Notes under the pieces: generated by a model | Seen by the model: the letters and a program-made list of their open reading frames with translations, nothing else | Database searches by the model: none | Told to the model about the DNA's origin: nothing | Assembly (NCBI GenBank): GCA_965371605.1 | Contig: CBDUZB010000001.1 | Span: 1-34,489, forward strand | Length of the DNA: 34,489 nucleotides | Source: an uncultured bacterium | GTDB lineage: Bacteria; CBDUZB01; JAGLHV01 | Direction: 5' to 3' | Translations under genes and position numbers: made by a program | Shown here: piece after piece, positions 10,603 to 19,631 of the stretch | How the letters are laid out: every line of letters begins with the position of its first letter | Position numbering within the stretch: the stretch's first letter is position 1

Positions 10603-11601
10603 ATGAAAAAAAAGATTCTTTTGGGTGTCCTGGGAAGTTTATTTCTTCTGGGAGGAGTAGGGGCGGTTGTTTTTGCTGCTGTTGCTGATGATTGGGAGAA
10701 TGCCAGAAATTATATAGAGGGAGATTATAAAGTTCTTAGCCAATGGATAGGAAATGAACTAAGCAGCCCGTTATCCTTTTTACCCGGAATAGGCCCTGAT
10801 TTACCGGCAAATGTTCTTTCTCTGCCTGGTTTTGAAATAGGGCTTATGTTGGGTACAAGTATGGGAAAGTTAGATGCGGGTGCTTTTAATAATCTTTCTA
10901 CAGATACGATTGAGCCCGGACAAATAGATATTCCAAAAACAGTTGCCATTCCCATGCCTATTCTCCATGCTAAGGTAGGGCTTCCTTCCCTGCCCGTCGT
11001 TGGAAAGACGGATATCGGAATAAAACTCGGAACTTTATCGTATGAAATAAAGGATTGTGATTTTGACTACACTGTTTATGGAATTCAGCTGAGAAAAGAA
11101 ATATTAGAGGATGGGATTGCCAGTCCCGGTGCTCTTTCTTTAAATTTGTCTTTTAATAAAATGAGTGGAAAGATAGAAATTAGCCGGGATTATGAGTATG
11201 TTTCCCAGGAGTCATATAGTGGAGTTACTTATGACCAGAATATCGCTTCTGTTTCTTCTTTTGAAACAGAGTGGGATATAAATTCCATTGGTCTGATGGC
11301 GATGTATAGTAAAAAGGTGGCTATAATTAATTTGTTTTTAGGGGTTGGAGTAGATCAAAATTCAGGAGATATAGATACTACATTAGAGACAACAGGAACG
11401 CTTACCCTGACCGAAACACCAATGGTTACTTTTTCCGATACTATTCTCATTAGTGGGGCTTCTTCCTGTGATCCGGAAAAGTCTATTGTTCGTTTAGTCG
11501 GCGGAGTGGAATTGGGGCTTACATTGTTTAAGTTAGGCCTTTCCGGGGAGTATAGCGAGGAAAATTATGCCGTAGCTGGGAATATTCGCCTGCAGTTTTA
11601 A
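10603..11601 (+). CDS. putative outer-membrane beta-barrel protein (hypothetical)
   Basis: 332 aa with a signal peptide (KKKILLGVLGSLFLLGGVGAVVFA), alternating beta-strand-like composition and a C-terminal ...NIRLQF ending in Phe, as in OMP sorting signals. Confidence 0.55.
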   Translation: MKKKILLGVLGSLFLLGGVGAVVFAAVADDWENARNYIEGDYKVLSQWIGNELSSPLSFLPGIGPDLPANVLSLPGFEIGLMLGTSMGKLDAGAFNNLSTDTIEPGQIDIPKTVAIPMPILHAKVGLPSLPVVGKTDIGIKLGTLSYEIKDCDFDYTVYGIQLRKEILEDGIASPGALSLNLSFNKMSGKIEISRDYEYVSQESYSGVTYDQNIASVSSFETEWDINSIGLMAMYSKKVAIINLFLGVGVDQNSGDIDTTLETTGTLTLTETPMVTFSDTILISGASSCDPEKSIVRLVGGVELGLTLFKLGLSGEYSEENYAVAGNIRLQF

Positions 11602-11607
11602 TTTTTA

Positions 11608-11680
11608 GGGGCAGTAGCTCAGTTGGGAGAGTGCACCCCTCGCACGGGTGAGGCCGCGGGTTCGACTCCCGCCTGCTCCA
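11608..11680 (+). tRNA. tRNA-Ala (anticodon CGC)
   Basis: Manual cloverleaf fold of 73 nt: acceptor GGGGCAG/CTGCTCC with the G3:U70 Ala identity pair, D arm GCTC..GAGT, anticodon stem CACCC/GGGTG with loop CTCGCAC, and T arm GCGGG-TTCGACT-CCCGC. No encoded CCA. Confidence 0.9.
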
Positions 11681-11709
11681 CAAAAAAATTTGTTTTAAAG
11701 GAAAAAGAA

Positions 11710-13341
11710 ATGTCTTATTTGGTTTTAGCCCGGAAATATAGGCCGCAGAAATTTGAGGAAGTGATAGGGCAAACACACATTGCCCGGGTTCTGAAAAACA
11801 GTATTGCTACAAAAAGGATTGCTCATGCTTTTTTGTTTTCAGGGTCCAGGGGTGTTGGAAAAACAACTATGGCCAGGATTTTAGCCAAAGCCGTAAATTG
11901 TAAGAAAGGGCCCACTCCTCAACCTTGTACTGACTGTACATCCTGCCGGGAAATAGCCGAAGGGAGATCGTTAGATGTTTTAGAAATAGATGGTGCTTCT
12001 AATCGGGGAATTGACGAAATCAGGAGTTTAAAGGAAAATGTAAAATTTGCTCCCAGCGGGAACAAATATAAAGTATATATTATCGACGAAGTACATATGT
12101 TAACTACAGATGCTTTTAACGCCTTACTCAAGACGTTGGAAGAACCTCCCGGGCATGTTATTTTTATTTTAGCAACTACTGAACCTCATAAAATTCCGGC
12201 AACTATTTTATCACGATGCCAGCGATTTAATTTTAAGCTACTTTCCTTCAATGAAATAAAAAAACACTTGGAATTTATAGTAGACAAGGAAAAAATCCTA
12301 ATAGAACAAAGCGCTCTTAGTTTGGTTGCCAAGCAAGGAGCAGGAAGTTTAAGGGATGCGTTGAGTGTTTTTGAGCAGGTTATTTCATTAGAAGGAGAGG
12401 AAAAAAAAGAGGAGGACATAATTGCCTTGCTGGGTATTTTACCCGATGAAATTTTGAGTAAATTTTTTGATTTAATTGCAGGAAACAGTCCTCGGGAATT
12501 GCTTTCTTTTTTAAAGGAAATAGTAACTTCAGGATATGATGTTCACCAGTTAAATGCAGAAGTAAAACAATATTTCCGTGATTTATTAATGGCTAAAATA
12601 GCAGGCGAAGAAAGTGTTCTCTTTACGGAAAAGTCAGATAAAGAGAGAGAAAGCTTAAACGAAAGGAAAGAGGTTTTTTCTATTGAACGGTTTTTGTTTA
12701 TTATAGAGTTACTCTCCGGAGCTCAGGAGAGAATGAAATGGAGTGAAGATCCTCAATTGGTTTTGGAAATAGCACTGATTAAATTAAGCAGGCCCTATGT
12801 AGAGATCGATGAGATTATTAACAAAATTAGTGTTTTACAACGGGAAATTAGTGAAATATCCGGGGAAACAAGCGAAAACGACGAAAATAATGAAGAAGAG
12901 AAAAAATGCTCTTTCAAAGAAGAAAAAAAAGAAACATTAAAAAGCGAAAAGACGGAAAAGACGGAAAAGACAACTGCAGAGGCGGAATTTTTAAATACTG
13001 GATGGGATGAAATTATAAAAGAAATTAATTTAAAGAAACAATCGGTAGGAGCTTTTTTATCCATAGCGAAAATTGGAAAAACAGAAGGGAATAATTATGT
13101 TCTTGAATTTTCAAAGGAAGAAATGTTTTATTTAAAAGGGGTAGAAAATAATTCGAAGATGATTGTAAAAGTAATTGAAAAGGTAACCGGAAAAAAAGCA
13201 AAAATAACCTGTATCGTAAACGAAAAAAAAGAGGATTCTTCCATGTTGCCCGAAGAAAAAGAAGAAAAAGAGGAAATACATCCCTATACCCAAAAAGTAA
13301 TAGATCTTTTTGATGGCAGAATAACGAACGGAGTAAACTAG
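11710..13341 (+). CDS. dnaX: DNA polymerase III subunit tau/gamma
   Basis: LARKYRPQKFEEVIGQ N-terminus, Walker A GSRGVGKTT, a Cys-rich zinc module (CKKGPTPQPCTDCTSC), IIDEVHML and SRCQRF. The start is moved to ATG 11710 because the track ORF start (11623) lies inside tRNA-Ala. Confidence 0.92.
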   Translation: MSYLVLARKYRPQKFEEVIGQTHIARVLKNSIATKRIAHAFLFSGSRGVGKTTMARILAKAVNCKKGPTPQPCTDCTSCREIAEGRSLDVLEIDGASNRGIDEIRSLKENVKFAPSGNKYKVYIIDEVHMLTTDAFNALLKTLEEPPGHVIFILATTEPHKIPATILSRCQRFNFKLLSFNEIKKHLEFIVDKEKILIEQSALSLVAKQGAGSLRDALSVFEQVISLEGEEKKEEDIIALLGILPDEILSKFFDLIAGNSPRELLSFLKEIVTSGYDVHQLNAEVKQYFRDLLMAKIAGEESVLFTEKSDKERESLNERKEVFSIERFLFIIELLSGAQERMKWSEDPQLVLEIALIKLSRPYVEIDEIINKISVLQREISEISGETSENDENNEEEKKCSFKEEKKETLKSEKTEKTEKTTAEAEFLNTGWDEIIKEINLKKQSVGAFLSIAKIGKTEGNNYVLEFSKEEMFYLKGVENNSKMIVKVIEKVTGKKAKITCIVNEKKEDSSMLPEEKEEKEEIHPYTQKVIDLFDGRITNGVN

Positions 13342-13941
13342 ATGAGCTCTAATATTCCCTCTATGGAAAAGTTGATAAAAAAACTGCGCGGCTTACCCGG
13401 GATTGGGTCCCGGATGGCTGAAAGAATAGGAATTCATATTTTTAAAATGTCGTTGCAAGAGACAGAGGAAATCATTAGCGCAATAAAGGAAGTAAAGAGT
13501 AAAATACGTTACTGTTCTCTTTGTTATAATATAACGGAAAAAGAAGTATGTTCTATTTGTCGGGATTCCAGGCGGGACGAAAAAGTTCTTTGTGTTGTAG
13601 AAAGAACACATGATATTCCGGCAATAGAAAAAGGGGGAAGCTATAACGGAAGGTATCATGTTTTAATGGGAGCTCTTTCTCCTTTGGATGCAATAGGACC
13701 GGACGACCTTAAGATAACAGCTTTAATGAAGAGGATTCAAACGGAACAAATTTCAGAAGTAATTATCGCGACGAATCCTAATGTGACAGGAGAAGCAACT
13801 GCAACGTATCTGTCCGGATTGATAAAACCACTGGGAGTGAAAGTTACCCGTTTAGCCCAGGGGATTTCGATAGGAAGTGCTTTGGAATATACCGATGCAA
13901 GGACGTTAGCAAGATCAATTGAGGGGAGAAGAGAGATGTAA
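13342..13941 (+). CDS. recR: recombination protein RecR
   Basis: 199 aa with LPGIGSRMAERI (HhH), a C4 zinc finger CSLC...CSIC and a Toprim domain. Immediately follows dnaX; there is no ybaB between them. Confidence 0.92.
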   Translation: MSSNIPSMEKLIKKLRGLPGIGSRMAERIGIHIFKMSLQETEEIISAIKEVKSKIRYCSLCYNITEKEVCSICRDSRRDEKVLCVVERTHDIPAIEKGGSYNGRYHVLMGALSPLDAIGPDDLKITALMKRIQTEQISEVIIATNPNVTGEATATYLSGLIKPLGVKVTRLAQGISIGSALEYTDARTLARSIEGRREM

Positions 13942-13958
13942 AAAAAATAAACCCAAGG

Positions 13959-13988
13959 TTGACAGATGGAATAGAAATATTGTAGAAT
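13959..13988 (+). promoter_or_regulatory. candidate promoter for the membrane protein gene
   Basis: TTGACA (13959-13964), an 18-nt spacer, then TAGAAT (13983-13988) with TG immediately upstream. Confidence 0.35.
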
Positions 13989-14098
13989 ACCTCCTTTGAA
14001 GAATAATCTTTAAGAAAGGGTTTTTTTGAGAAAGGGGGAAGTGTCCTAAAAGCAAAATTTTAAAAGAATAAAGAAATTAATTTGAAAGGAGGAAGAAA

Positions 14099-14914
14099 AT
14101 GAAAGTAGGAGAAGCGATTAAAAAAGGGTTTGTTATTGGAAAGCAAAATATGGGGTTAGTTATTTTGCTATTTGGTATTAACGTAATGATGAGTGGTGTA
14201 GGTTTTTTGTTTGGGTTAGGACCTACGGCGACGGTTAGGCCTTTGGAGGAAATAAACTTTTTGCCGGTGATAGCATTTGTTCTTCTTGCTATGGGAATAG
14301 GTATTTTTGTTCAGGGTGGAGTATTAGGTGTAGTCAGGGATTTTGTTAAATGGAAAGAACATGTAAAATTGAGTAAATTTTTTATAAGTTATGCCAGGAA
14401 GTTTTTCTTTCGGTTATTAGGTTTAGGCTTTTTAATGATGGGAATAGTTGTAGGTCTTTTGGTAATAACAGGTGGAATTAGTGCATTAATTACTTTGATT
14501 GCCGGAGCAACAATAGGAAACATTCTTGCTACTATTTTCTTGCTTTTGGGAGTAGTCGCTATTGTCATGGTTATGTTTTTTCTTTTTCCCGCGTATTTTA
14601 TTTTGGTGGTAGAAGAAACAGGGGTTATCCCGGCAGCGAAAAGTAGTATTTCGTTTGTAAAAAAGTTTTTTGGTAAAACTTTAGGTTTATTGGTTTTGTG
14701 GTTACTTATTTATGTAGGGATTTCTTTGGTTGTTGGATTAATAGCTTGGCTTATAGGGAATGTGGGAAATCTTGTAATACAGAGAATTGTCGGGGCGATA
14801 TTAAATGGAGCAATAGGTAGTTTCATGATGGTTTGTATAACCGGGTCCTGGATAAGTTTTTATTTGGATTTAAGTGGTGGCAACCAAGAAACAACTACCG
14901 TTATTCCAGAGTAA
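14099..14914 (+). CDS. polytopic inner-membrane protein (hypothetical)
   Basis: 271 aa with about 6 long hydrophobic segments and a strong SD (GGAGGAAG). No family recognised. Confidence 0.6.
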   Translation: MKVGEAIKKGFVIGKQNMGLVILLFGINVMMSGVGFLFGLGPTATVRPLEEINFLPVIAFVLLAMGIGIFVQGGVLGVVRDFVKWKEHVKLSKFFISYARKFFFRLLGLGFLMMGIVVGLLVITGGISALITLIAGATIGNILATIFLLLGVVAIVMVMFFLFPAYFILVVEETGVIPAAKSSISFVKKFFGKTLGLLVLWLLIYVGISLVVGLIAWLIGNVGNLVIQRIVGAILNGAIGSFMMVCITGSWISFYLDLSGGNQETTTVIPE

Positions 14915-15049
14915 CAGTAGTTTAAATTTGGGTTTGTTGAAAAACAAGAAACTTTGCAATTATTACAGATATAAATGAATTACTCAGGTTTCGCCGAGGC
15001 GAGACTGAACATTTTTGATGTTGCTCTATAGGGTGAGGGGAAAAAAAGA

Positions 15050-15628
15050 ATGAAAGACTTGATAGAAATTAGATGGCATGGCCGGGGAGGGCAGGGGGCA
15101 AAGACAGTAGCTTTGCTTTTTGCGGAAGCAGCTTTATCTACAGGAAAATATGTGCAGGCTTTTCCGGAATATGGGCCGGAAAGAATGGGTGCACCGGTGC
15201 AATCATTTAACCGGTTAAGCGATAATCCGATAACGTTACATTGTGGGGTGACAGACCCGAAAGTGGTAGTGATATTGGATGAAACGTTGATTGGCCAGGT
15301 AGAGGTTACTGCAGGGCTGGGGGAAGAAGGGACGATAATTGTAAATACCAACCATACTCCTCAGGAAATGCGGGAAACATTAGGTATAAAAAAGGGAAAG
15401 GTTTATACGGTAGATGCCGGGCGTATTGCTAAAGAATGTTTTGGTTTAAATAAACCGAATACTCCGATGATGGGAGCGTTGGTAAAAGCAACGAATATAT
15501 TAGCTCTCGAAGGAGTATTAAATGACACCCGAAAGAAACTGGAAAAAAAGTTTGCACGTAAACCGGAAGTTATAGACGGAAACATTCAATCAATTAAAAA
15601 AGCATACGAAGAGGTTCAGAGCGAATAA
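15050..15628 (+). CDS. porG: pyruvate/2-oxoacid:ferredoxin oxidoreductase gamma subunit
   Basis: 192 aa with IRWHGRGGQGAKT...FPEYGPERMGAPV, typical of the gamma subunit. First gene of a 4-gene operon. Confidence 0.88.
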   Translation: MKDLIEIRWHGRGGQGAKTVALLFAEAALSTGKYVQAFPEYGPERMGAPVQSFNRLSDNPITLHCGVTDPKVVVILDETLIGQVEVTAGLGEEGTIIVNTNHTPQEMRETLGIKKGKVYTVDAGRIAKECFGLNKPNTPMMGALVKATNILALEGVLNDTRKKLEKKFARKPEVIDGNIQSIKKAYEEVQSE

Positions 15629-15699
15629 ATTCTTTTATTTTTTTTTAGGGTGTCACAAAAAAAAGAATGATAAAGAAGGTTGGGAGGTAAAAACCAAGA

Positions 15700-15999
15700 G
15701 TGAATAAAAAGAAATTAGGGTATAAGGAGTTACCTGCAGGGGATTTACTGGAAGCAGGAACGGCATTGGATTTTGAAACGGGGAGCTGGCGCAGCGAGCG
15801 GCCCATTCACGATGAGGAAAAGTGTATTAATTGTCTTATTTGCTGGGCTTATTGTCCTGATTCTGCTATCAAAGTAGAAGACGGCAAGATTAAAGAGATA
15901 GATTTGAGGTATTGTAAGGGTTGCGGTATTTGTGCTAAGGTTTGTCCTCCGAAAATAAAAGCAATAACGATGGTTGAAGAAAATGAGGCAGAAAAATAG
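15700..15999 (+). CDS. porD: pyruvate/2-oxoacid:ferredoxin oxidoreductase delta subunit (2x[4Fe-4S])
   Basis: 99 aa with a GTG start and two ferredoxin motifs, CINCLICWAYCP and CKGCGICAKVCP. Confidence 0.88.
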   Translation: MNKKKLGYKELPAGDLLEAGTALDFETGSWRSERPIHDEEKCINCLICWAYCPDSAIKVEDGKIKEIDLRYCKGCGICAKVCPPKIKAITMVEENEAEK

Positions 16000-16040
16000 A
16001 AAATAAATTTTTTACCAAAGAAAGGACGTAAAGATAAAAA

Positions 16041-17225
16041 ATGTCTAAAAATATAGTTGCTAAAACCGGAAATGAGGCAATGGCAGAAGCAATGCGTCAG
16101 ATAAATCCTGATGTTGTCGCTGCATATCCTATTACTCCGGCGACAGAAGTTGTTCAGCTTTTTTCCCAATTTGTAGCGGACGGCAAGGTTAAAACGGATT
16201 TTGTCACTGTTGAATCGGAACATAGTGCAATGAGTGCCACTATAGGATCTTCAGCCGCTGGGGTAAGGGCGATGACCGTTACTTCTTCCCAAGGTTTGGC
16301 TTTGATGAATGAAATGCTTTATATTGCTGCCGGTTTGCGGTTACCCATCGTAATGCCCGAAGTAAACAGAGCCCTTTCTTCACCGATAAATATACATTGC
16401 GACCATAGTGATACAATGGGAGCAAGGGATACCGGGTGGCTCCAGATTTTCTCGGAGAATTCCCAGGAAGCATATGATAATGTCCTTCAGGCAGTGCGTA
16501 TTTGTGAACATGCCCAGGTAAAAATTCCCGGGATGGTTACCACCGATGGGTTTATTATCAGCCATTGCATGGAAAGAATGGAAATGCTTGCGGATAACGA
16601 GGTAAAAAATTTTATTGGCGAGTATAAACCGGAACGGTATCTTTTGGATATAAAAAGGCCTTATACGTTAGGGTCTTTGGATTTACAGGATTATTATTTT
16701 GAACATAGAATGCAGTTAGCTCAGGCAATGTGCAATACCGGTAAAATTATTTTGGAAATAGGTAAAGAATTTGGTGATAAATTCGGTAGAGAATATGGGT
16801 TTTACGAAAAGTACCACTTAGATGATGCGGAAATTGCTATTTTAGTATTGGGTTCTACGGCCGGTACGGCTAAAGTAGTTGTTGATCAATTAAGAGAAAA
16901 AGGGATAAAAGCCGGATTACTGAAACTAAGGGTTTTCAGGCCTTTTCCTTATCAGGAATTAGCGCAGGAATTAGCACATCTTAAAGTTTTAGCGGTATTG
17001 GATAGATCTGATTCTATCGATTCTTTTGGCGGGCCGCTTTTTGATGAAGTACGGTCGGCAATGTATGATTTAAAAACCAGGCCGCAAACAGTCAATTATA
17101 TTTTTGGGCTGGGTGGGAGAGAGATAAACTTAGCAATGATTGAAGGGGTTTATACCCAGATGCAGGATATAGCTAAAACGGGGGAAATTCCCCAAAGGGT
17201 AAATTATCTAGGCGTAAGAGAGTAA
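16041..17225 (+). CDS. porA: pyruvate/2-oxoacid:ferredoxin oxidoreductase alpha subunit
   Basis: 394 aa with GNEAMAEAM...AAYPITPATE, an N-terminus typical of the alpha subunit. Confidence 0.9.
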   Translation: MSKNIVAKTGNEAMAEAMRQINPDVVAAYPITPATEVVQLFSQFVADGKVKTDFVTVESEHSAMSATIGSSAAGVRAMTVTSSQGLALMNEMLYIAAGLRLPIVMPEVNRALSSPINIHCDHSDTMGARDTGWLQIFSENSQEAYDNVLQAVRICEHAQVKIPGMVTTDGFIISHCMERMEMLADNEVKNFIGEYKPERYLLDIKRPYTLGSLDLQDYYFEHRMQLAQAMCNTGKIILEIGKEFGDKFGREYGFYEKYHLDDAEIAILVLGSTAGTAKVVVDQLREKGIKAGLLKLRVFRPFPYQELAQELAHLKVLAVLDRSDSIDSFGGPLFDEVRSAMYDLKTRPQTVNYIFGLGGREINLAMIEGVYTQMQDIAKTGEIPQRVNYLGVRE

Positions 17226-17260
17226 TTTTTATTAAAAAAACATTTGGGGGTTATAGATTT

Positions 17261-18184
17261 ATGGCTAATTTGAAGGAGCTGGCAAAAAAAGAAGAACTTT
17301 TTACCGGTGGGCATCGGCTTTGCGCCGGTTGCGGAGCAGGTATTGTTGCCCGGCAGGTATTGATGGCAGCCAAAGAACCGGTAATAGTGACCAGTTCTAC
17401 CGGATGCCTGGAAGTAGCTTCCACCATTTTTCCTTATACTGCCTGGAAAGTGCCTTTTTTTCATAGTGCATTTGAAAATTCGGCTGCTACATGTAGTGGA
17501 ATAGAATCTGCATATCGTTCTTTGAGAAAACAAGGAAAAATAAAAGAAGATATAAGATTTATTGCTTTTGGTGGTGATGGCGGTACTTATGATATTGGAT
17601 TTCAATCCCTTTCCGGGGCAATGGAAAGAGGACATCGGATGCTCTATGTTTGTTACAACAACGAAGCTTATATGAATACGGGAATACAACGCTCTTCAGC
17701 TACGACCAAAGGAGCTCATACAACTACTTCCCCGGCAGGTTCGGTAATTCCGGGAAAGGCACAATTTGCCAAGGATTTAACCGCTTGTATGATTGCCCAT
17801 AATATTCCTTATGTTGCACAAACTATCGTTGGAGACTGGAAGGATTTAACCACTAAAGTAGAAAAAGCATTAGCAACAGATGGTCCAACATTTATTAATA
17901 TACTTCAGCCCTGCCGGTTGGGATGGGGCTATCCCCCGGAAGAGACAATAGCTTTAGGCAAATTGGCTGCAGACACTTGTTTTTGGCCTCTGTACGAAGT
18001 AGAAAATGGGAAATATAAATTAAATTATAAACCTAAGGAAAAGAAGCCATTTAAAGAATGGTTAAAGAAACAAACTCGTTTTAGACATCTTTTTAAACCC
18101 GGACAAGAAGGTTTACTGGAAGAATTGCAGACAGAAGTTGACCGTCGATGGGAAAAAATGTTAAAACTTTGCAGTGCGGAGTAA
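17261..18184 (+). CDS. porB: pyruvate/2-oxoacid:ferredoxin oxidoreductase beta subunit (TPP-binding)
   Basis: 307 aa with CAGCG near the N-terminus and the TPP motif GGDGGTYDIGFQSLSGA...NNEAYMNTG. Confidence 0.9.
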   Translation: MANLKELAKKEELFTGGHRLCAGCGAGIVARQVLMAAKEPVIVTSSTGCLEVASTIFPYTAWKVPFFHSAFENSAATCSGIESAYRSLRKQGKIKEDIRFIAFGGDGGTYDIGFQSLSGAMERGHRMLYVCYNNEAYMNTGIQRSSATTKGAHTTTSPAGSVIPGKAQFAKDLTACMIAHNIPYVAQTIVGDWKDLTTKVEKALATDGPTFINILQPCRLGWGYPPEETIALGKLAADTCFWPLYEVENGKYKLNYKPKEKKPFKEWLKKQTRFRHLFKPGQEGLLEELQTEVDRRWEKMLKLCSAE

Positions 18185-18234
18185 AAATATTTATTGCCAA
18201 TAAGGCTTTTTAAAAATAAAAAATATTAAACCGA

Positions 18235-18270
18235 CCCGCCAAAAGCTTTGCATTTTTTGGCGGGTTTGTT
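18235..18270 (+). terminator. rho-independent terminator of the por operon
   Basis: Perfect 10-bp stem CCCGCCAAAA (18235-18244) / TTTTGGCGGG (18255-18264) followed by TTTGTT. Confidence 0.8.
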
Positions 18271-18299
18271 AAGTATGCAAAGAAAAAAATAATTGATAT

Positions 18300-18371
18300 T
18301 CCCTGGTAGCTCAATGGTGGAGCGAGCGACTGTTAATCGCTAGGTTGTAGGTTCGAGTCCTACCCGGGGAG
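18300..18371 (+). tRNA. tRNA-Asn (anticodon GTT)
   Basis: Manual cloverleaf fold of 72 nt: acceptor TCCCTGG/CCGGGGA, D arm GCTC-AATGGTG-GAGC, anticodon stem AGCGA/TCGCT with loop CTGTTAA, T arm GTAGG-TTCGAGT-CCTAC and discriminator G. Confidence 0.9.
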
Positions 18372-18470
18372 TTTTTCTTTTTCTTGAAGGAATTTTATTC
18401 CCTCAAGAAAAAGAAACTCTTCAGTCTCAGGCGAGAGACAATGTGAGTTTATCCTCTTTCTTTTTCCTCC
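18359..18470 (+). repeat. att-like composite repeat, copy 1 (tRNA-Asn 3' end + hairpin + conserved arm)
   Basis: Core CCTACCCGGGGAG, then a 16/17-bp hairpin at 18374-18416, then CTCTTCAGTCTCAGGCGAGAGACAATGTGAG..TCCTCTTTC, which is shared with copies 2 and 3. Confidence 0.7.
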
Positions 18471-18593
18471 ACAATTAACAATTTTTAAAATAACGTTAAA
18501 TATATTCCTTTCTGAAAAAATCTATTACATATTTTTTGATAAGATAAATCTATTACGAAATATTAGCAATTTAATTGTTCATATCTTTTTACC

Positions 18594-18622
18594 TTGACAC
18601 TTAAATAAAATAAAAATATAAT
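18594..18622 (+). promoter_or_regulatory. perfect sigma70 consensus promoter inside the island leader
   Basis: TTGACA (18594-18599), a 17-nt spacer, then TATAAT (18617-18622). There is no ORF in the next ~200 nt. Confidence 0.5.
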
Positions 18623-18770
18623 TAAAAACAATAAGAAAACTTTTGTGTAAAAAATTATAGATTATGAACTTTGTTTATTAATTATTATTCAAAAAAATGG
18701 GTCAATAAATTAAAACTTTAAGCAATGTTTCGTATATTCCACAAGTTTTTAATAAAATTTTATTATAGCC

Positions 18771-18799
18771 TTGACATTCAATAATGAATAATGTAAAAT
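18771..18799 (+). promoter_or_regulatory. abiEi-abiEii promoter
   Basis: TTGACA (18771-18776), a 17-nt spacer, then TAAAAT (18794-18799), about 30 nt upstream of the abiEi ATG. Tandem AATAATG repeats lie in the spacer and a 16-bp palindrome TAATAAAATTTTATTA lies just upstream. Confidence 0.55.
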
Positions 18800-18830
18800 A
18801 TGTCTGTAATAATAATGTGTGAGGTTATTT

Positions 18831-19631
18831 ATGGATAAAAATTATACATTCAAAGGATTGGGACCAAAAGAGACAGAATTAGTTGCTCGTTTGTCTTATG
18901 AGAAGAAAACTATTATATCTATAGAGGAAATTGATAGTTTTTTACCTTCCGAGTATAAGTATCGCAATCAATTAGTATACAATCTAAAACAGAAAAAAAT
19001 ACTTACCTCAATTAAGCGAGGTTTTTACATATTTACGCCGATAGAGTCATTTCCATCAGGTGTAAGAGCTAACGAATTATTAATTCCTTCGGTATTTTTC
19101 CCAAGAAAAAATTATTACATTGGGTATTCCACAATGTTCAATTACTACGGTTTTAGCAACCAACTTTTCCAGACTGTTTATGTCCTTAATACATCTTTAT
19201 TTGAAGAACGGGTGATTTGCGGTGTCACCTATAAATTTCTAAAAATTTCCGATAAACGGATGTATGGTATCGAGGTAATAAAAGTGCAAAATACTGATGT
19301 TAGAGTCAGTTCCAAAGAAAGGACAATAATTGATCTTATTTATTTCAGTAAGCCGGTTGGCGGTATTGCTTCAGCAAGTGGAATACTAGAAAAAATAGTT
19401 GAACAAAAGAATTGTGATATAAATATGTTGATTGAATATTCAGCCCGTTTCCCGAATGTAACCGTGCGCAAACGCATCGGAGTTGTTTTGGGAAATCTCG
19501 GCATATCAAAATCTGTTTTACGCCCTTTAATCAAAAGCATAGAAGATACCTCCATCAGCTCGTTGACTGGATCACGTAAAGGAACTTTGAATAAAATATG
19601 GAGAGTAATCGTTAATGATACACAAAAATAA
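18831..19631 (+). CDS. abiEi: AbiEi-family antitoxin / transcriptional regulator (type IV TA, abortive infection)
   Basis: About 266 aa with an N-terminal wHTH-like region and the overall pattern of the AbiEi (COG5340) family. It overlaps the downstream DUF1814 gene by 17 nt. The start is placed at ATG 18831 (SD GAGG) rather than the track's GTG at 18819. Confidence 0.75.
   Translation: MDKNYTFKGLGPKETELVARLSYEKKTIISIEEIDSFLPSEYKYRNQLVYNLKQKKILTSIKRGFYIFTPIESFPSGVRANELLIPSVFFPRKNYYIGYSTMFNYYGFSNQLFQTVYVLNTSLFEERVICGVTYKFLKISDKRMYGIEVIKVQNTDVRVSSKERTIIDLIYFSKPVGGIASASGILEKIVEQKNCDINMLIEYSARFPNVTVRKRIGVVLGNLGISKSVLRPLIKSIEDTSISSLTGSRKGTLNKIWRVIVNDTQK

Noticed and set aside
11528-11776. 82-aa minus-strand ORF, and the 5' extension (11623-11709) of the dnaX track ORF
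   Set aside because: Both overlap tRNA-Ala (11608-11680). The dnaX homology (LARKYRPQKF) begins right after ATG 11710.
12401-12408. A8 runs in dnaX (12401-12408, with further runs near 12914 and 13225) as programmed frameshift or transcriptional-slippage sites producing a gamma subunit
   Set aside because: The first run lies far too early (about residue 232, within the clamp-loader core) to give a functional gamma. The later ones fall in a Lys/Glu-rich linker where A runs are expected from composition. There is no downstream stem-loop or upstream SD-like stimulator.
14932-14955. Weak hairpin GTTTGTTG-AAAAA-CAAGAAAC followed by TTTGC after the membrane-protein gene, as a possible terminator
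   Set aside because: Only 7/8 mostly A/T base pairs and a short T run. It may terminate weakly, but the evidence is too thin to list as a feature.
14980-15351. 123-aa minus-strand ORF overlapping porG, and the 161-aa minus-strand ORF 17204-17689 overlapping porA/porB
   Set aside because: Both lie antisense to genes with clear family signatures. Their translations are Ser/Pro/Thr-rich with no recognisable domain and no SD.
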